Shown: one piece after another, positions 27,923-36,460 of the stretch
Layout of the letters: each line of letters begins with the position of its first letter
Numbering within the stretch: position 1 is the stretch's first letter
Source of the DNA: Candidatus Woesearchaeota archaeon
GTDB lineage: Archaea; Nanobdellota; Nanobdellia; Woesearchaeales; SKIA01
Assembly: GCA_046704725.1 (NCBI GenBank)
Contig: JBJKRI010000005.1
Span: 160,001-224,000, forward strand
Length of the DNA stretch: 64,000 nt
Direction: 5' to 3'
Notes under the pieces: model-generated
The model's input: only the letters and a program-made list of their open reading frames with translations
What the model was told of the DNA's origin: nothing
Databases searched by the model: none
Position numbers and translations under genes: made by a program

Positions 27923-28777
27923 ATGCGTTCTCTGGCTGAATCGAAGCGCGCTATCTCGCCCGATGGCATGGAGATCAGGTATTGGGTCAACTGGCAGAAA
28001 GGCATGAGAGACACGTTCACCGTGCTGCATCCCGGGGCGGCGCTCAACCACAGCTCCCTGGAACGGCTCGAGGATGGACTGCACTTGCGAGGCATCCCGA
28101 CGGTGGTCTTCGACCCGCGCGGATCCGGATACTCGGACCACCCCATATCGAGGGAGTACTTCCGACTGGAGCGGTTGACAGACGATCTGGAGGTCATCGC
28201 AGAGCAGGAAGGACTGGAGCGGCCCTGCTTCGTGACGCACAGCTTCGGCTTCATGCCGGCGGTGGACTATGCGGTACGCACGGCCAATGCGCAGGGCATC
28301 ACAGGCATAGGCGCGAGCCATAACTTCCGGAGGACCGCGCCCAACACGCTCCTGTTCGAGCTCTTCGACAAGGTGCTCATCCACTCGGAATACATCGGAA
28401 GCCTCGGGACGCTCGTAGGACACTGCCTTTCCGGCACGCAGCGTCCCGCGTGCACCGATCAATCACTGTCCGAATCAGAATTCCAGCTCTGGCAATCCAT
28501 CGTGGACATCCCGCTCGCGCAAGCGGCCAGCCATGTAATCGGGCAACGCGAATGCAACTGCTGGGACATCACCGAACAACTCGGTCGGCTCGAAGCCCCC
28601 GTGCTCCTCATCCACGGCGAAAAAGACATGATGGTCCGGCCTGTCGCGGGGACCTATATAGAGGAACGCACGAACGCCCCATGCGAGCGCTATGTCGTCG
28701 AAGGGGCGACGCATTCTCTTCCAGTGTTCCGGCCCGAAACGGTCCTATCCATCATGGATGCGTATGACCGACGCTGA
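27923..28777 (+). CDS. Alpha/beta hydrolase
   Basis: LHPG, FDPRGSGYSD, THSFG nucleophile elbow, LIHGEKD, GATH. Confidence 0.85.
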   Translation: MRSLAESKRAISPDGMEIRYWVNWQKGMRDTFTVLHPGAALNHSSLERLEDGLHLRGIPTVVFDPRGSGYSDHPISREYFRLERLTDDLEVIAEQEGLERPCFVTHSFGFMPAVDYAVRTANAQGITGIGASHNFRRTAPNTLLFELFDKVLIHSEYIGSLGTLVGHCLSGTQRPACTDQSLSESEFQLWQSIVDIPLAQAASHVIGQRECNCWDITEQLGRLEAPVLLIHGEKDMMVRPVAGTYIEERTNAPCERYVVEGATHSLPVFRPETVLSIMDAYDRR

Positions 28778-28810
28778 AAGCTTTTTATAGCGCTTCTCCG
28801 TGCCAGAGGC

Positions 28811-29389
28811 ATGCGATTCTCCCAACAAGAGGTCCGGGACCTGCTCATCGCGTGGGTCATGATCAGCATCGCGTTCGGAATCCTCTTCAGGGACCAGACC
28901 ACATTCCTGACGGCGATACTTATCAGCGCGGTCACAGCAGGCATCGGTTTCCTGCTCCACGAGCTCGCGCACAAGGCCGTCGCGCAGCGCATGGGCAAGT
29001 TCGCGGAGTTCCACGCCTACCTGCCGACACTCGTCATCAGCGTGGTGCTCGCCTTCACAGGGCTCGTGGTAGCGGCGCCGGGAGCCGTGGTCATCAGCGG
29101 CTTCGTCAACCGGCGTGAGAACGGACTGATAAGCGCGGCAGGACCGCTCACCAACATCGCGCTCGCCGTGATATTCCTGCTCCTGCTCCTGCTGTCGCCA
29201 CTGCATTCATTGCTTGCCATCATCGCGGGCATGGGCTTTGTCATCAACAGCTGGCTCGCATTGTTCAACCTGATACCCTTCGGCATCTTCGACGGTGCCA
29301 AGATCATCCAGTGGAACAAGGCGTTCTTCTCCGCCATGGCGGTAGCGAGCGTCGTCCTCGTCTTCTTCAGCGCCATCCTCCACCCGTGA
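28811..29389 (+). CDS. Site-2 (M50) membrane metalloprotease
   Basis: HELAH, AAGP, NLIPFGIFDG. Confidence 0.92.
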   Translation: MRFSQQEVRDLLIAWVMISIAFGILFRDQTTFLTAILISAVTAGIGFLLHELAHKAVAQRMGKFAEFHAYLPTLVISVVLAFTGLVVAAPGAVVISGFVNRRENGLISAAGPLTNIALAVIFLLLLLLSPLHSLLAIIAGMGFVINSWLALFNLIPFGIFDGAKIIQWNKAFFSAMAVASVVLVFFSAILHP

Positions 29390-29979
29390 ACGCGCGCGGA
29401 CCGCTCAGCCTTGTCGCGATCCTCATCGTGCTCGTCGCGCTCGGGGCAATACTGCTCAGCCACCTGCCGAGCACGGTCACCGGACTCGCATTGTTCTTCC
29501 TCGTCATCCTCGAGACGGTGGTCGCGCCCATCCCCGGAGGCGCCGTCGCGTACCTCGGAGCCGCGACGCTCGGATTCTGGCGGTCGTGGCCGATATTGTA
29601 TGTGGGAAACGTCATAGGCACGGCAATCGTGTTCACGCTCGCAAGACGCATCGGAAAGCCCTACGTGGACCGCATGGTCCCCGCGAAAAAGCGCAAGCGC
29701 TACGAGAACCTGTTGACACGGCACCAACGACTGCTCTGGTTCGTTTACGCGATGCCCCTGTTCCCGCTGGATATGATCAGTATCCTCGCAGGATTCACGA
29801 AGATGCCGACGAGGCGCTTTCTCATCATCGCCGTGACCGCGCTGCCGTTCTCGACGGGGATGGTCGCTTTCGCCGGAGCGTTCCTCGGAAAATACCTGGG
29901 CGTGCTCAACATGGTATCGCTCATCGTGCTCGGAGCGCTCGCCCTCGGCGCGGTCTGGCTCTGGCGCCGACACCACTGA
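29386..29979 (+). CDS. DedA/TVP38 (VTT domain) membrane protein
   Basis: LETVVAPIPG, GNVIGTAIVF.LAR..G, PLFPLDMIS..AG. Confidence 0.85.
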   Translation: MNARGPLSLVAILIVLVALGAILLSHLPSTVTGLALFFLVILETVVAPIPGGAVAYLGAATLGFWRSWPILYVGNVIGTAIVFTLARRIGKPYVDRMVPAKKRKRYENLLTRHQRLLWFVYAMPLFPLDMISILAGFTKMPTRRFLIIAVTALPFSTGMVAFAGAFLGKYLGVLNMVSLIVLGALALGAVWLWRRHH

Positions 29980-30436
29980 CGATACGACGCCACTCGATGA
30001 CGACAAGGATGAATATCGCGGCGTCGACCACGGTGAGAATCGTGAGCAATACCGATCCCGTGGCGAGTATCTGGACGACCTGCACGCCGATGAGGGCGAG
30101 CAAGGCGACAAGAGCGACGGGGAAGACCCAGAGAATCTCGAGCCACAAGCCGATGGCCAAAGCGACCTTGATGACACCGTGCCCGAGCAGGTAGAGCGCT
30201 GCGAACGACGCGGTGCCGGGAGAGACGCCCCCCAAGTGCCCGAGCAGGAAGGTCGCGACAAGGTCGTGTGGATCCTCGGCGACCTCCGCGACCGCCATAC
30301 GCGCTATGATGGACAGCAACGCTTTCGCGCCCACAGCGAGCACGGCGATGCCGCTGAAAAGCTCGATCACTCCGTCGAGCCCCTTGATGACGACGCCCAA
30401 TCGATAGAGCCAATGGGTGACTGACGAGAAACGCAT
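29921..30436 (-). CDS. DUF2127 family membrane protein
   Basis: GVVIKGLDGVIE, EDPHDLVA, YLLGHGVIK, EWR. Confidence 0.85.
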   Translation of the reverse strand: MRFSSVTHWLYRLGVVIKGLDGVIELFSGIAVLAVGAKALLSIIARMAVAEVAEDPHDLVATFLLGHLGGVSPGTASFAALYLLGHGVIKVALAIGLWLEILWVFPVALVALLALIGVQVVQILATGSVLLTILTVVDAAIFILVVIEWRRIVSGVGARARPRRGRALRAR

Positions 30437-30471
30437 GGGCGGCTGACCACGTACCGGAATATAAAGCCTGC

Positions 30472-30495
30472 CACCGGACAAACGCGCGTAGCGTA
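30472..30495 (+). repeat. Copy of the CACYGGACAA-N3-CGCGTA motif
   Basis: caccggacaaacgcgcgtagcgta upstream of the RadA-like gene; matches 30941 and 31460. Confidence 0.6.
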
Positions 30496-30522
30496 CAAGA
30501 AACGTGAGGATATCCTCGCGCC

Positions 30523-30960
30523 GTGCTGGTCGGGGTGCTCGGGAAACGACGGGAGACGGATGCTGCCGTATTGCGGTACGCGTGCCGACACCCGCCCGCA
30601 TTGGTCATCGACTGCGGGAACGCGGCCGACCCCCACGCCCTGTTCCCCGCGGCGAGCGCCGAACAGCTCGAACGCGTGCGCAGCGTGCCCATCGACCTGC
30701 TCTACCAATTGCGCGACGCCGCACGCATCCTGCCGGAACTTGTGGGGGACGCGCGCCTTGTCGTCGTGACATCGCCGTACCACCTGTTCAACTACCACGA
30801 CGAAGAGGAGAACACCGCGGTCGAGCAGCACGCGTGGGAACTGCTCGCGAAGCACGGCAAGCGGCTGCACATCCTCGTCTCCGTGCCGGCAGGGACACGC
30901 CACGAGCGCTGGGCCCGACGCTACTGCGAGCGCATCCACGCACTGGACAAACGCGCGTAA
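30523..30960 (+). CDS. Inactivated RadA/RecA-like protein of the PolB2 module
   Basis: VIDCGNAADPH motif, no Walker A, RecA-like strand order; near PolB2. Confidence 0.75.
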   Translation: MLVGVLGKRRETDAAVLRYACRHPPALVIDCGNAADPHALFPAASAEQLERVRSVPIDLLYQLRDAARILPELVGDARLVVVTSPYHLFNYHDEEENTAVEQHAWELLAKHGKRLHILVSVPAGTRHERWARRYCERIHALDKRA

Positions 30961-30966
30961 GGCATA
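30941..30966 (+). repeat. Left copy of a 26-bp imperfect direct repeat flanking the TA pair
   Basis: cactggacaaACGcgcgtaaggcata; 23/26 identical to 31460-31485. Confidence 0.8.
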
Positions 30967-31011
30967 TGGGGGACGAAAGGATTTAAGACCTGCCGCAGCT
31001 TCTCAGCTTTG

Positions 31012-31212
31012 ATGGCAAAGGATATGCAAGACATCACACGCGAAATCGAGGCCCTTCGCAAGGATATAAAAGATATCCGCTCGCGGATGGTGGACGTGGA
31101 CATGCTCCTTTCCGAACGCGAGCGAAAACGCCTTGAAGAATCGCTCGATGAACTGCGTTCAGGCAAGGCCATCTCGCATGAGGAGCTCGTAAGAGAGCTC
31201 CATGACGCTTGA
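31012..31212 (+). CDS. Putative antitoxin (RelB-like)
   Basis: Small acidic helical protein ending LRSGKAISHEELVREL, overlapping the RelE start. Confidence 0.8.
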   Translation: MAKDMQDITREIEALRKDIKDIRSRMVDVDMLLSERERKRLEESLDELRSGKAISHEELVRELHDA

Positions 31213-31459
31213 ACGACGCTACTCCTCGCACGCGCAACATGCTATCAACAAGCTTTCTGAGCGGCTACGCGGGCGGATCCTCGCACGGATATCCGAACTG
31301 CAGGAAGAGCCGTTCCCACCTGACGCGAAACGCGTCGTGAACCGCAAGGAAAAAACGTTCCGCGTACGGGTCGGCGGGTACCGTATCCTCTACGTCGTGC
31401 TCGCCGAAGAAGGAATCCTGTTCATCTCCGACGTGGACAAGCGCGAACGCGTCTACTAG
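31202..31459 (+). CDS. relE: RelE/ParE family toxin
   Basis: RILARISELQEEPFP, FRVRVGGYRILY, DKRERVY. Confidence 0.92.
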   Translation: MTLERRYSSHAQHAINKLSERLRGRILARISELQEEPFPPDAKRVVNRKEKTFRVRVGGYRILYVVLAEEGILFISDVDKRERVY

Positions 31460-31485
31460 CACTGGACAAGGACGCGTAAGGCATA
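31460..31485 (+). repeat. Right copy of the 26-bp imperfect direct repeat
   Basis: cactggacaaGGAcgcgtaaggcata, immediately after the relE stop. Confidence 0.8.
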
Positions 31486-31510
31486 CGAATACGGGATGAC
31501 TAGCGATCGC

Positions 31511-31750
31511 ATGGGGCACACGGCATCCAGCCAGCGACAGGTCGTCGACCGGTTGCTGCGGGAATTGCACGATTACGGACGGGCGTTGCGGCCTGAGGAA
31601 CGGGTGTTGTACGAGCGCCTATTGGAGGCGCCGCTCCTGCACTTCGGCGCGACGAGCAACGCGTCGAGCCTGCACACCTGGGCGTTCCTGCTCTTGTCGG
31701 TGATGCTCGAGCAGGAGAAACGCATCGCCGCGCTCGAAGGGGCGCGTTAA
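31511..31750 (+). CDS. Small helical PolB2-associated protein
   Basis: MGHT..S.RQ...YGRALRPEER..YERLL...LLSVMLEQEKRI, the pattern of the PolB2-linked small protein family. Confidence 0.8.
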   Translation: MGHTASSQRQVVDRLLRELHDYGRALRPEERVLYERLLEAPLLHFGATSNASSLHTWAFLLLSVMLEQEKRIAALEGAR

Positions 31751-31886
31751 ACCTGTGTTATATGCTATACTCATCGTCCTGCGCATGCGAATCGAGACCG
31801 ATCCACTCACGGACTGGAACTGCGGTCAGGGGATGTCGCATGCGAATTGATTGTTCGATGCGCTGTGTTGATGAAATGCGAGCGGT

Positions 31887-32045
31887 TTAATCTCCAAGCT
31901 CGCGGTGTCCTATCGATTCTTGAACACCAAACAGAATTGCTGTAGCGAGCAATAGGAAGAACGCGATTGTTGGCGTGAAAGCAAAAAGCGCGAGGATAAT
32001 TCCGAGCGCAACCGCACCGCCAGTGACGAACATCCAAGACTTCAT
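31887..32045 (-). CDS. 52-aa membrane microprotein
   Basis: MKSWMFVTGGAVALGIILALFAFTPTIAFFLLLATAILFGVQESIGHRELGD; ATGA-coupled to the zinc-finger gene. Confidence 0.6.
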   Translation of the reverse strand: MKSWMFVTGGAVALGIILALFAFTPTIAFFLLLATAILFGVQESIGHRELGD

Positions 32046-32212
32046 TGTGCCGCCTCATGCAAGAGCAGGTGCTCCCGGAACGCTCCATAGTAACCGAACA
32101 CCTTATGGCAACCCGGGCACGTCAGTGGTTTGTCGTACACTCCATTTGTCACGCAGCGCGGACACGCCTTTCTATGGTGCGAATATCCACAGTTAGCGCA
32201 CGTGGTCGTCAT
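32042..32212 (-). CDS. 56-aa double zinc-finger microprotein (CxxC..CxxC plus C2H2)
   Basis: CANCG..CPRC, then CPGCHKVFGYYGAFREHLLLH; ATGA-coupled on both sides. Confidence 0.75.
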   Translation of the reverse strand: MTTTCANCGYSHHRKACPRCVTNGVYDKPLTCPGCHKVFGYYGAFREHLLLHEAAQ

Positions 32213-32310
32213 AGTATCGCCGTCGTGCATACACGGTGCGAGAGCAGGAATGCGCCGAGCAAGAGCCCGACCGCGAAGGTGATGATCAACCAGAGAAAGT
32301 CGATTTTCAT
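32209..32310 (-). CDS. 33-aa single-TM microprotein
   Basis: MKIDFLWLIITFAVGLLLGAFLLSHRVCTTAIL; TATA-like ttttata upstream. Confidence 0.55.
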   Translation of the reverse strand: MKIDFLWLIITFAVGLLLGAFLLSHRVCTTAIL

Positions 32311-32334
32311 GCGTCGCTTCAGGCTGAATTCATC

Positions 32335-32475
32335 GTATAAAACTGTTCACTACACATCTTTATAATGTCTTTTTTAATGAATATTCAAGAATATATATCT
32401 TTAATACGATTTAAAGAGTTTTTTATGTCTTATTTTATTGAATGATACTTCAATGAATCTTATGACAACAATCAA
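32335..32475. other. Strongly AT-rich non-coding tract with palindromes
   Basis: TGAATATTCA (32378-87), TCTTTAA-N6-TTAAAGA (32398-417), ATTGAA-N6-TTCAAT (32437-54), repeated ATGTCTT..T..TGAAT. Confidence 0.75.
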
Positions 32476-32572
32476 GCACTGAATGCGTGATTCGGATTCT
32501 GGAGGAAATTCAGAAGGCGCACTGGACGCGCACGGCCGCCAACCACATCAAGACGGGAACGCTCTTTTCGGG

Positions 32573-34732
32573 GTGCATCTCATCGACTGTTGGCGTGCGG
32601 AAGGAGGCGTCGCGCTCTGGCTCAAGGACGGCGGGAAGAACATACGCGTCATCCGGCCGGCTTCGTCGTTCTTCTTCGCCGACCCCGAAGCGGCGCCCAT
32701 CCTCGAACGATTGGGGATCCCCTTCGCGTGGGAGCGACGACCGACGCTGCTCGGAGGAAAAAAGGATGTCCTGCGCATCGAGACCGCGCCCGGGCGCTAC
32801 GAGCGCATCATCAGGATGATCGAGCGGCAGACGCGCTGGCGCGTCCCATTGTACGACGCGGACATCGCGCCCGAGGACCGCTATTTGTGGGAGAACGATC
32901 TTGTGCCGTGCGCGCCCGTGCGACAAGAAGGGGATCGTTTCTTTCTAGTAGAAGGAGGGCCGCCCGCGCTGTCGGTGCTCCATCTACGCATCAAGCCCGC
33001 ACGCGACATCCGAACCGAGCCCGACGCGCCTCTTGTCTCATTGTGGATCGACGATGAGCGCCACGACGGCGACGAGCAAGAGCTCTTGTCGCTGCTCGCA
33101 CACCATATCACTGAGCAGGACCCGGACGTCATCCGCATGGACTACGCCTTCAGCAGGCTGCCGTACCTCGAACGGCGTTGCAAGGAACAGGGCATCCATA
33201 TACCCTGGCACCGCTGGGACAAGACACCCATCACGACGAGGGGCGGGCGCACCTTCTACAGCTACGGACAAGTACAGTACCACGACTTCGCCACGCGACT
33301 GCACGGAAGGCTACTCGTGGACACGAGCACATCCGTGGGCAATCGCTGTGAGGCAGAAGGCATCGCCGAGCTGTGCACGCTGTCGGGCATGCGCTTCCAG
33401 CAACTGGCGAGCAGGAGCTTCGGAGCGGTCTTCCAGGTCGCGCTCGTACGGATGATGGTGCAGGAAGGGACGCTCGTGCCATACAAGGAGAAGCTCATCG
33501 AGCCGCCGATCGCACTGCTCGACGCCGTGGCCGCGGACAGGGCGGGGCACACCATCGACCCGAAGCCAGGATTCCACACGCACGTCGCGTCGCTCGATTT
33601 CACGAGCATGTACCCGCACCTCATGCGCGACAAGAACATCAGCGCGGAAGCCATCCTGCCAGGCACGGGAGAACACGTGCCGGGAATACCGGCGCGCATC
33701 CAAAAGAAGAAGGGACTGGTGGCGCGGACGATCGCGCCGTTCATCGAACGACGGCTCGCGCACAAACGGACGCCATCGGCGTATAGCGCCGCGCAATCGA
33801 ACGCGCTCAAGGCCGTGCTCGTATCGAGCAACGGCTACCTGCGCTTCCGGGAGTTCAAGCTCGGGCTGCCGCGGGCGCACATGGCGCTCTCCGCGTACGC
33901 GCGCGAGACACTGCTCTTGGCGCAACGCGTCGCCGAGGACTGGGGGTACGACGTGGTGCATGGAATCATCGACAGCCTGTGCGTGAAAAGGGACGGTATG
34001 ACTGCGGATGACGTACGATTGCTCGCCAGCGAGATCGGCGCGCGAACAGGCATCCCCCTCAAGAACGAGGGGGTCTATTGCTGGGTGGTGTTCTGCGCGA
34101 GCGTGAACGATCCCGCGCGGCCCGTGCCCACGCGCTACTTCGGCGTCTACACTGACGGACGCGTCAAGGCGCGCGGCATCGCATTGCGCAGGAAAGCGAC
34201 GCCTCCTCTTGTCAAGGACTTCCAAGAAGAAGCATTGCATCGCATGGCGCGCTGCAGGACGCACCAAGAGATCATCGCCATCATTCCCGAGCTCTTCCGC
34301 CTGCTGCGCACGACCATCAAACGCGTTCCGCTCATAAGAGCGCCACGGCTCGCCATCCGCCTGCGGCTCACCAAAGACGCGTACACACGGAACATCCCGC
34401 AACGAACTATCGTGGGACGGCTGCGCGACAAGGGAGTGACTATCCTGCCCGGGCAGGTGGCGCACTACGTGACGACGCGACGCGGGGATGTCCTTGCGGA
34501 GGATTACCGCGGGGGCGCGGATACGGAAGCGTACGCACGACTACTCGTCGCTTCGTTGCACGAACTGCTCGGCGCGTTCGGATACACGAGAGAGGATATC
34601 GCCGAGGCGTGCAAGCTCACGAGGCAGACCACGCTCGGAGCGTTCGCGACGACCCTCAGAACTGCGGCGATAGATGTGGAAGAATCTACCATAAGCCATA
34701 TAACCGCTCTTGCGCTTGACACGGGATGGTAA
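32573..34732 (+). CDS. polB2: PolB2/Dpo2-type family B DNA polymerase with degenerate motifs
   Basis: GRTFYSYGQV.Y, LDFTSMYP, motif C as HGIIDS instead of YGDTDS, no ExoI DIE, PVPTRYFG, KARGI..RR..TP; start uncertain (GTG 32573 or ATG 32483). Confidence 0.88.
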   Translation: MHLIDCWRAEGGVALWLKDGGKNIRVIRPASSFFFADPEAAPILERLGIPFAWERRPTLLGGKKDVLRIETAPGRYERIIRMIERQTRWRVPLYDADIAPEDRYLWENDLVPCAPVRQEGDRFFLVEGGPPALSVLHLRIKPARDIRTEPDAPLVSLWIDDERHDGDEQELLSLLAHHITEQDPDVIRMDYAFSRLPYLERRCKEQGIHIPWHRWDKTPITTRGGRTFYSYGQVQYHDFATRLHGRLLVDTSTSVGNRCEAEGIAELCTLSGMRFQQLASRSFGAVFQVALVRMMVQEGTLVPYKEKLIEPPIALLDAVAADRAGHTIDPKPGFHTHVASLDFTSMYPHLMRDKNISAEAILPGTGEHVPGIPARIQKKKGLVARTIAPFIERRLAHKRTPSAYSAAQSNALKAVLVSSNGYLRFREFKLGLPRAHMALSAYARETLLLAQRVAEDWGYDVVHGIIDSLCVKRDGMTADDVRLLASEIGARTGIPLKNEGVYCWVVFCASVNDPARPVPTRYFGVYTDGRVKARGIALRRKATPPLVKDFQEEALHRMARCRTHQEIIAIIPELFRLLRTTIKRVPLIRAPRLAIRLRLTKDAYTRNIPQRTIVGRLRDKGVTILPGQVAHYVTTRRGDVLAEDYRGGADTEAYARLLVASLHELLGAFGYTREDIAEACKLTRQTTLGAFATTLRTAAIDVEESTISHITALALDTGW

Positions 34733-35235
34733 AACGATCCTCTACGATAGCCATCGCTGTCATCGCGGTGGCCGCCGTCCTCATCGTGGGAGTGGCGATA
34801 TTCGCGCTCTCCGGGCACACGCGCATCGGAGATAACACCGGAACCGTCACGGCGCCCGTCTCGCAGGCGGCGCCCTCGCAGAACACCGGCACCGCGCAGA
34901 GCTCCGGACAGCAAAGCTCCGGAAAGCAGCAAGTGCGCCTGCAAGACACGCCCTATTGGAACTTCGCTCACCTGATATCCGACCCGACTATGGACTCGGC
35001 GACCAAGCAAGCGCTCGCGGGCTTCTCGGTCAAGCGTACAGTCCTCTCGAACGGCACGATACAAGTCGACCTGACCGCCCAGCGCTCGGGCTACCGCAGC
35101 CAGACATATATGCTCGAGCCAGGACAGAAACTGTACTTCATCGAGACGTCTTTCGGAGACGACGCTGCCAGTCGTGAATTCTCCTTGGGAGACGACGCGG
35201 CGGTCAAGGTCGACGCGAACGGGTACGTGCTGTGA
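34726..35235 (+). CDS. Exported/membrane-anchored hypothetical protein
   Basis: N-terminal TM, Ser/Gln linker, globular C-terminus. Confidence 0.75.
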   Translation: MVKRSSTIAIAVIAVAAVLIVGVAIFALSGHTRIGDNTGTVTAPVSQAAPSQNTGTAQSSGQQSSGKQQVRLQDTPYWNFAHLISDPTMDSATKQALAGFSVKRTVLSNGTIQVDLTAQRSGYRSQTYMLEPGQKLYFIETSFGDDAASREFSLGDDAAVKVDANGYVL

Positions 35236-35591
35236 TGGAACGCGACAGCATCCGGCGACTGCTCGTCACGCTCGGCCTCGCGGCGGTCTTCATCCCCATC
35301 GGCGTCTGGGAGATCGTGAACCCACAGTTCTGGGTGGGATTCGTGCCGACGTTCCTGACGGGGATAGCGACGCCGCTCGTGCTCGTGCACGGAGCGGTAT
35401 TGACGATCATCGGCATCTGGGCGCTCACGCAATGGAAGCTCCGCTGGGCGGGCGTGTTCGCCACGCTCATCATGCTCGAGATCACCACGAGCCTGCTGTT
35501 CGAGTCAGGATTCTCGAGCATCTGGATACGCGACGTGGGCATCCTCTTCCTGGCGGCATCCCTGATGTTCGAGAAGGGCAAGCTGCTGTAG
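35235..35591 (+). CDS. DoxX-like membrane protein
   Basis: LGLAAVFI..G...I.NP..W..FVP, IRDVGI; four TM. Confidence 0.75.
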   Translation: MERDSIRRLLVTLGLAAVFIPIGVWEIVNPQFWVGFVPTFLTGIATPLVLVHGAVLTIIGIWALTQWKLRWAGVFATLIMLEITTSLLFESGFSSIWIRDVGILFLAASLMFEKGKLL

Positions 35592-35625
35592 GAGTGTATT
35601 AATAGGTGCTTGACGTCCCCACATC

Positions 35626-35904
35626 ATGCCTTGCGAACACGAGAAACGTATCACCGTCCGCACGGCGGACACGACCGTGTGCCCCGAGTGCGTCGCCGCA
35701 GGGGATGCGTGGGTGCATCTTCGACTGTGCATGGACTGCGGTTTCGTCGGGTGCTGCGACTCGAGCAAGAACCAGCACGCCTCCCGACATATGGAGGGCG
35801 AGCACCACTTCATCGAACGCAGCCTCGAACCAGCAGAGGACTGGATCTGGTGCCGCGCGCACGAGAGCATCGTCGACGGACTGGAGCCCGACGAGATCCG
35901 TTGA
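35626..35904 (+). CDS. Stand-alone UBP-type zinc finger protein
   Basis: CEH, CPEC, WVHLRLCMDCGFVGCCDSSKNQHASRH, SLEPAEDWIWC. Confidence 0.9.
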   Translation: MPCEHEKRITVRTADTTVCPECVAAGDAWVHLRLCMDCGFVGCCDSSKNQHASRHMEGEHHFIERSLEPAEDWIWCRAHESIVDGLEPDEIR

Positions 35905-35929
35905 GGCAACGAGCGGGCAGTCTCTTGAA

Positions 35930-36011
35930 CGCCGCGGCCCGGATTTGAACCGGGAATTCCGAAGGAACCGGTTTTCGAGACCGGCGCTCTACCAGGTTAA
36001 GCGACCGCGGC
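35930..36011 (-). tRNA. tRNA-Ser(CGA)
   Basis: Acceptor GCCGCGG/CCGCGGC, discriminator G, anticodon arm CCGGT-CTCGAAA-ACCGG, long variable arm TTCCTTCGGAA. Confidence 0.95.
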
Positions 36012-36095
36012 AATGGTCCGCACGAATCGGGCCCCGTTAAAAAGCGTATCGCATTCTTGCAGAACACAGATAAACGCTCCTCTCGCAGGACACCC

Positions 36096-36428
36096 ATGCA
36101 GCGACTCACGACCACCGAATCAGTGGATGACGCCATCGGACGCTCGGAAGACCATCCGGTCGTCATCCTCAAGCACAGCACGCAATGCCCGATTAGCGCG
36201 GCCGCGCACGAAGAAGTGGAGGCCTTCGAGAAGGGGACCGATGCGGAAGTGCTCGTTGTGCACGTCATCGAGGACCGTCCCGTGTCGAACCACATCGCCG
36301 AGCGAACAGGCATCACGCACGAGAGCCCGCAGGCGATAGTCTTCTCCGACGGGCAAGCCGTCTTCGACGCGGATCACAAGGACGTGACCCGAGAAGCGCT
36401 CGAGAATGCAGTCCCCAGGGAAGCATAA
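36096..36428 (+). CDS. ytxJ: YtxJ/BrxC-like monothiol thioredoxin-fold protein
   Basis: KHSTQCPIS, RPVSNHIAE..GITHESPQ. Confidence 0.9.
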   Translation: MQRLTTTESVDDAIGRSEDHPVVILKHSTQCPISAAAHEEVEAFEKGTDAEVLVVHVIEDRPVSNHIAERTGITHESPQAIVFSDGQAVFDADHKDVTREALENAVPREA

Positions 36429-36460
36429 GGCGTATATACTGTTGTGCGGCGGTCTTCCGG

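Noticed and set aside
30523-34732. Casposon, pipolin or other self-synthesising element
   Set aside because: No Cas1, integrase or terminal inverted repeats; the polymerase has PolB2 rather than protein-primed motifs
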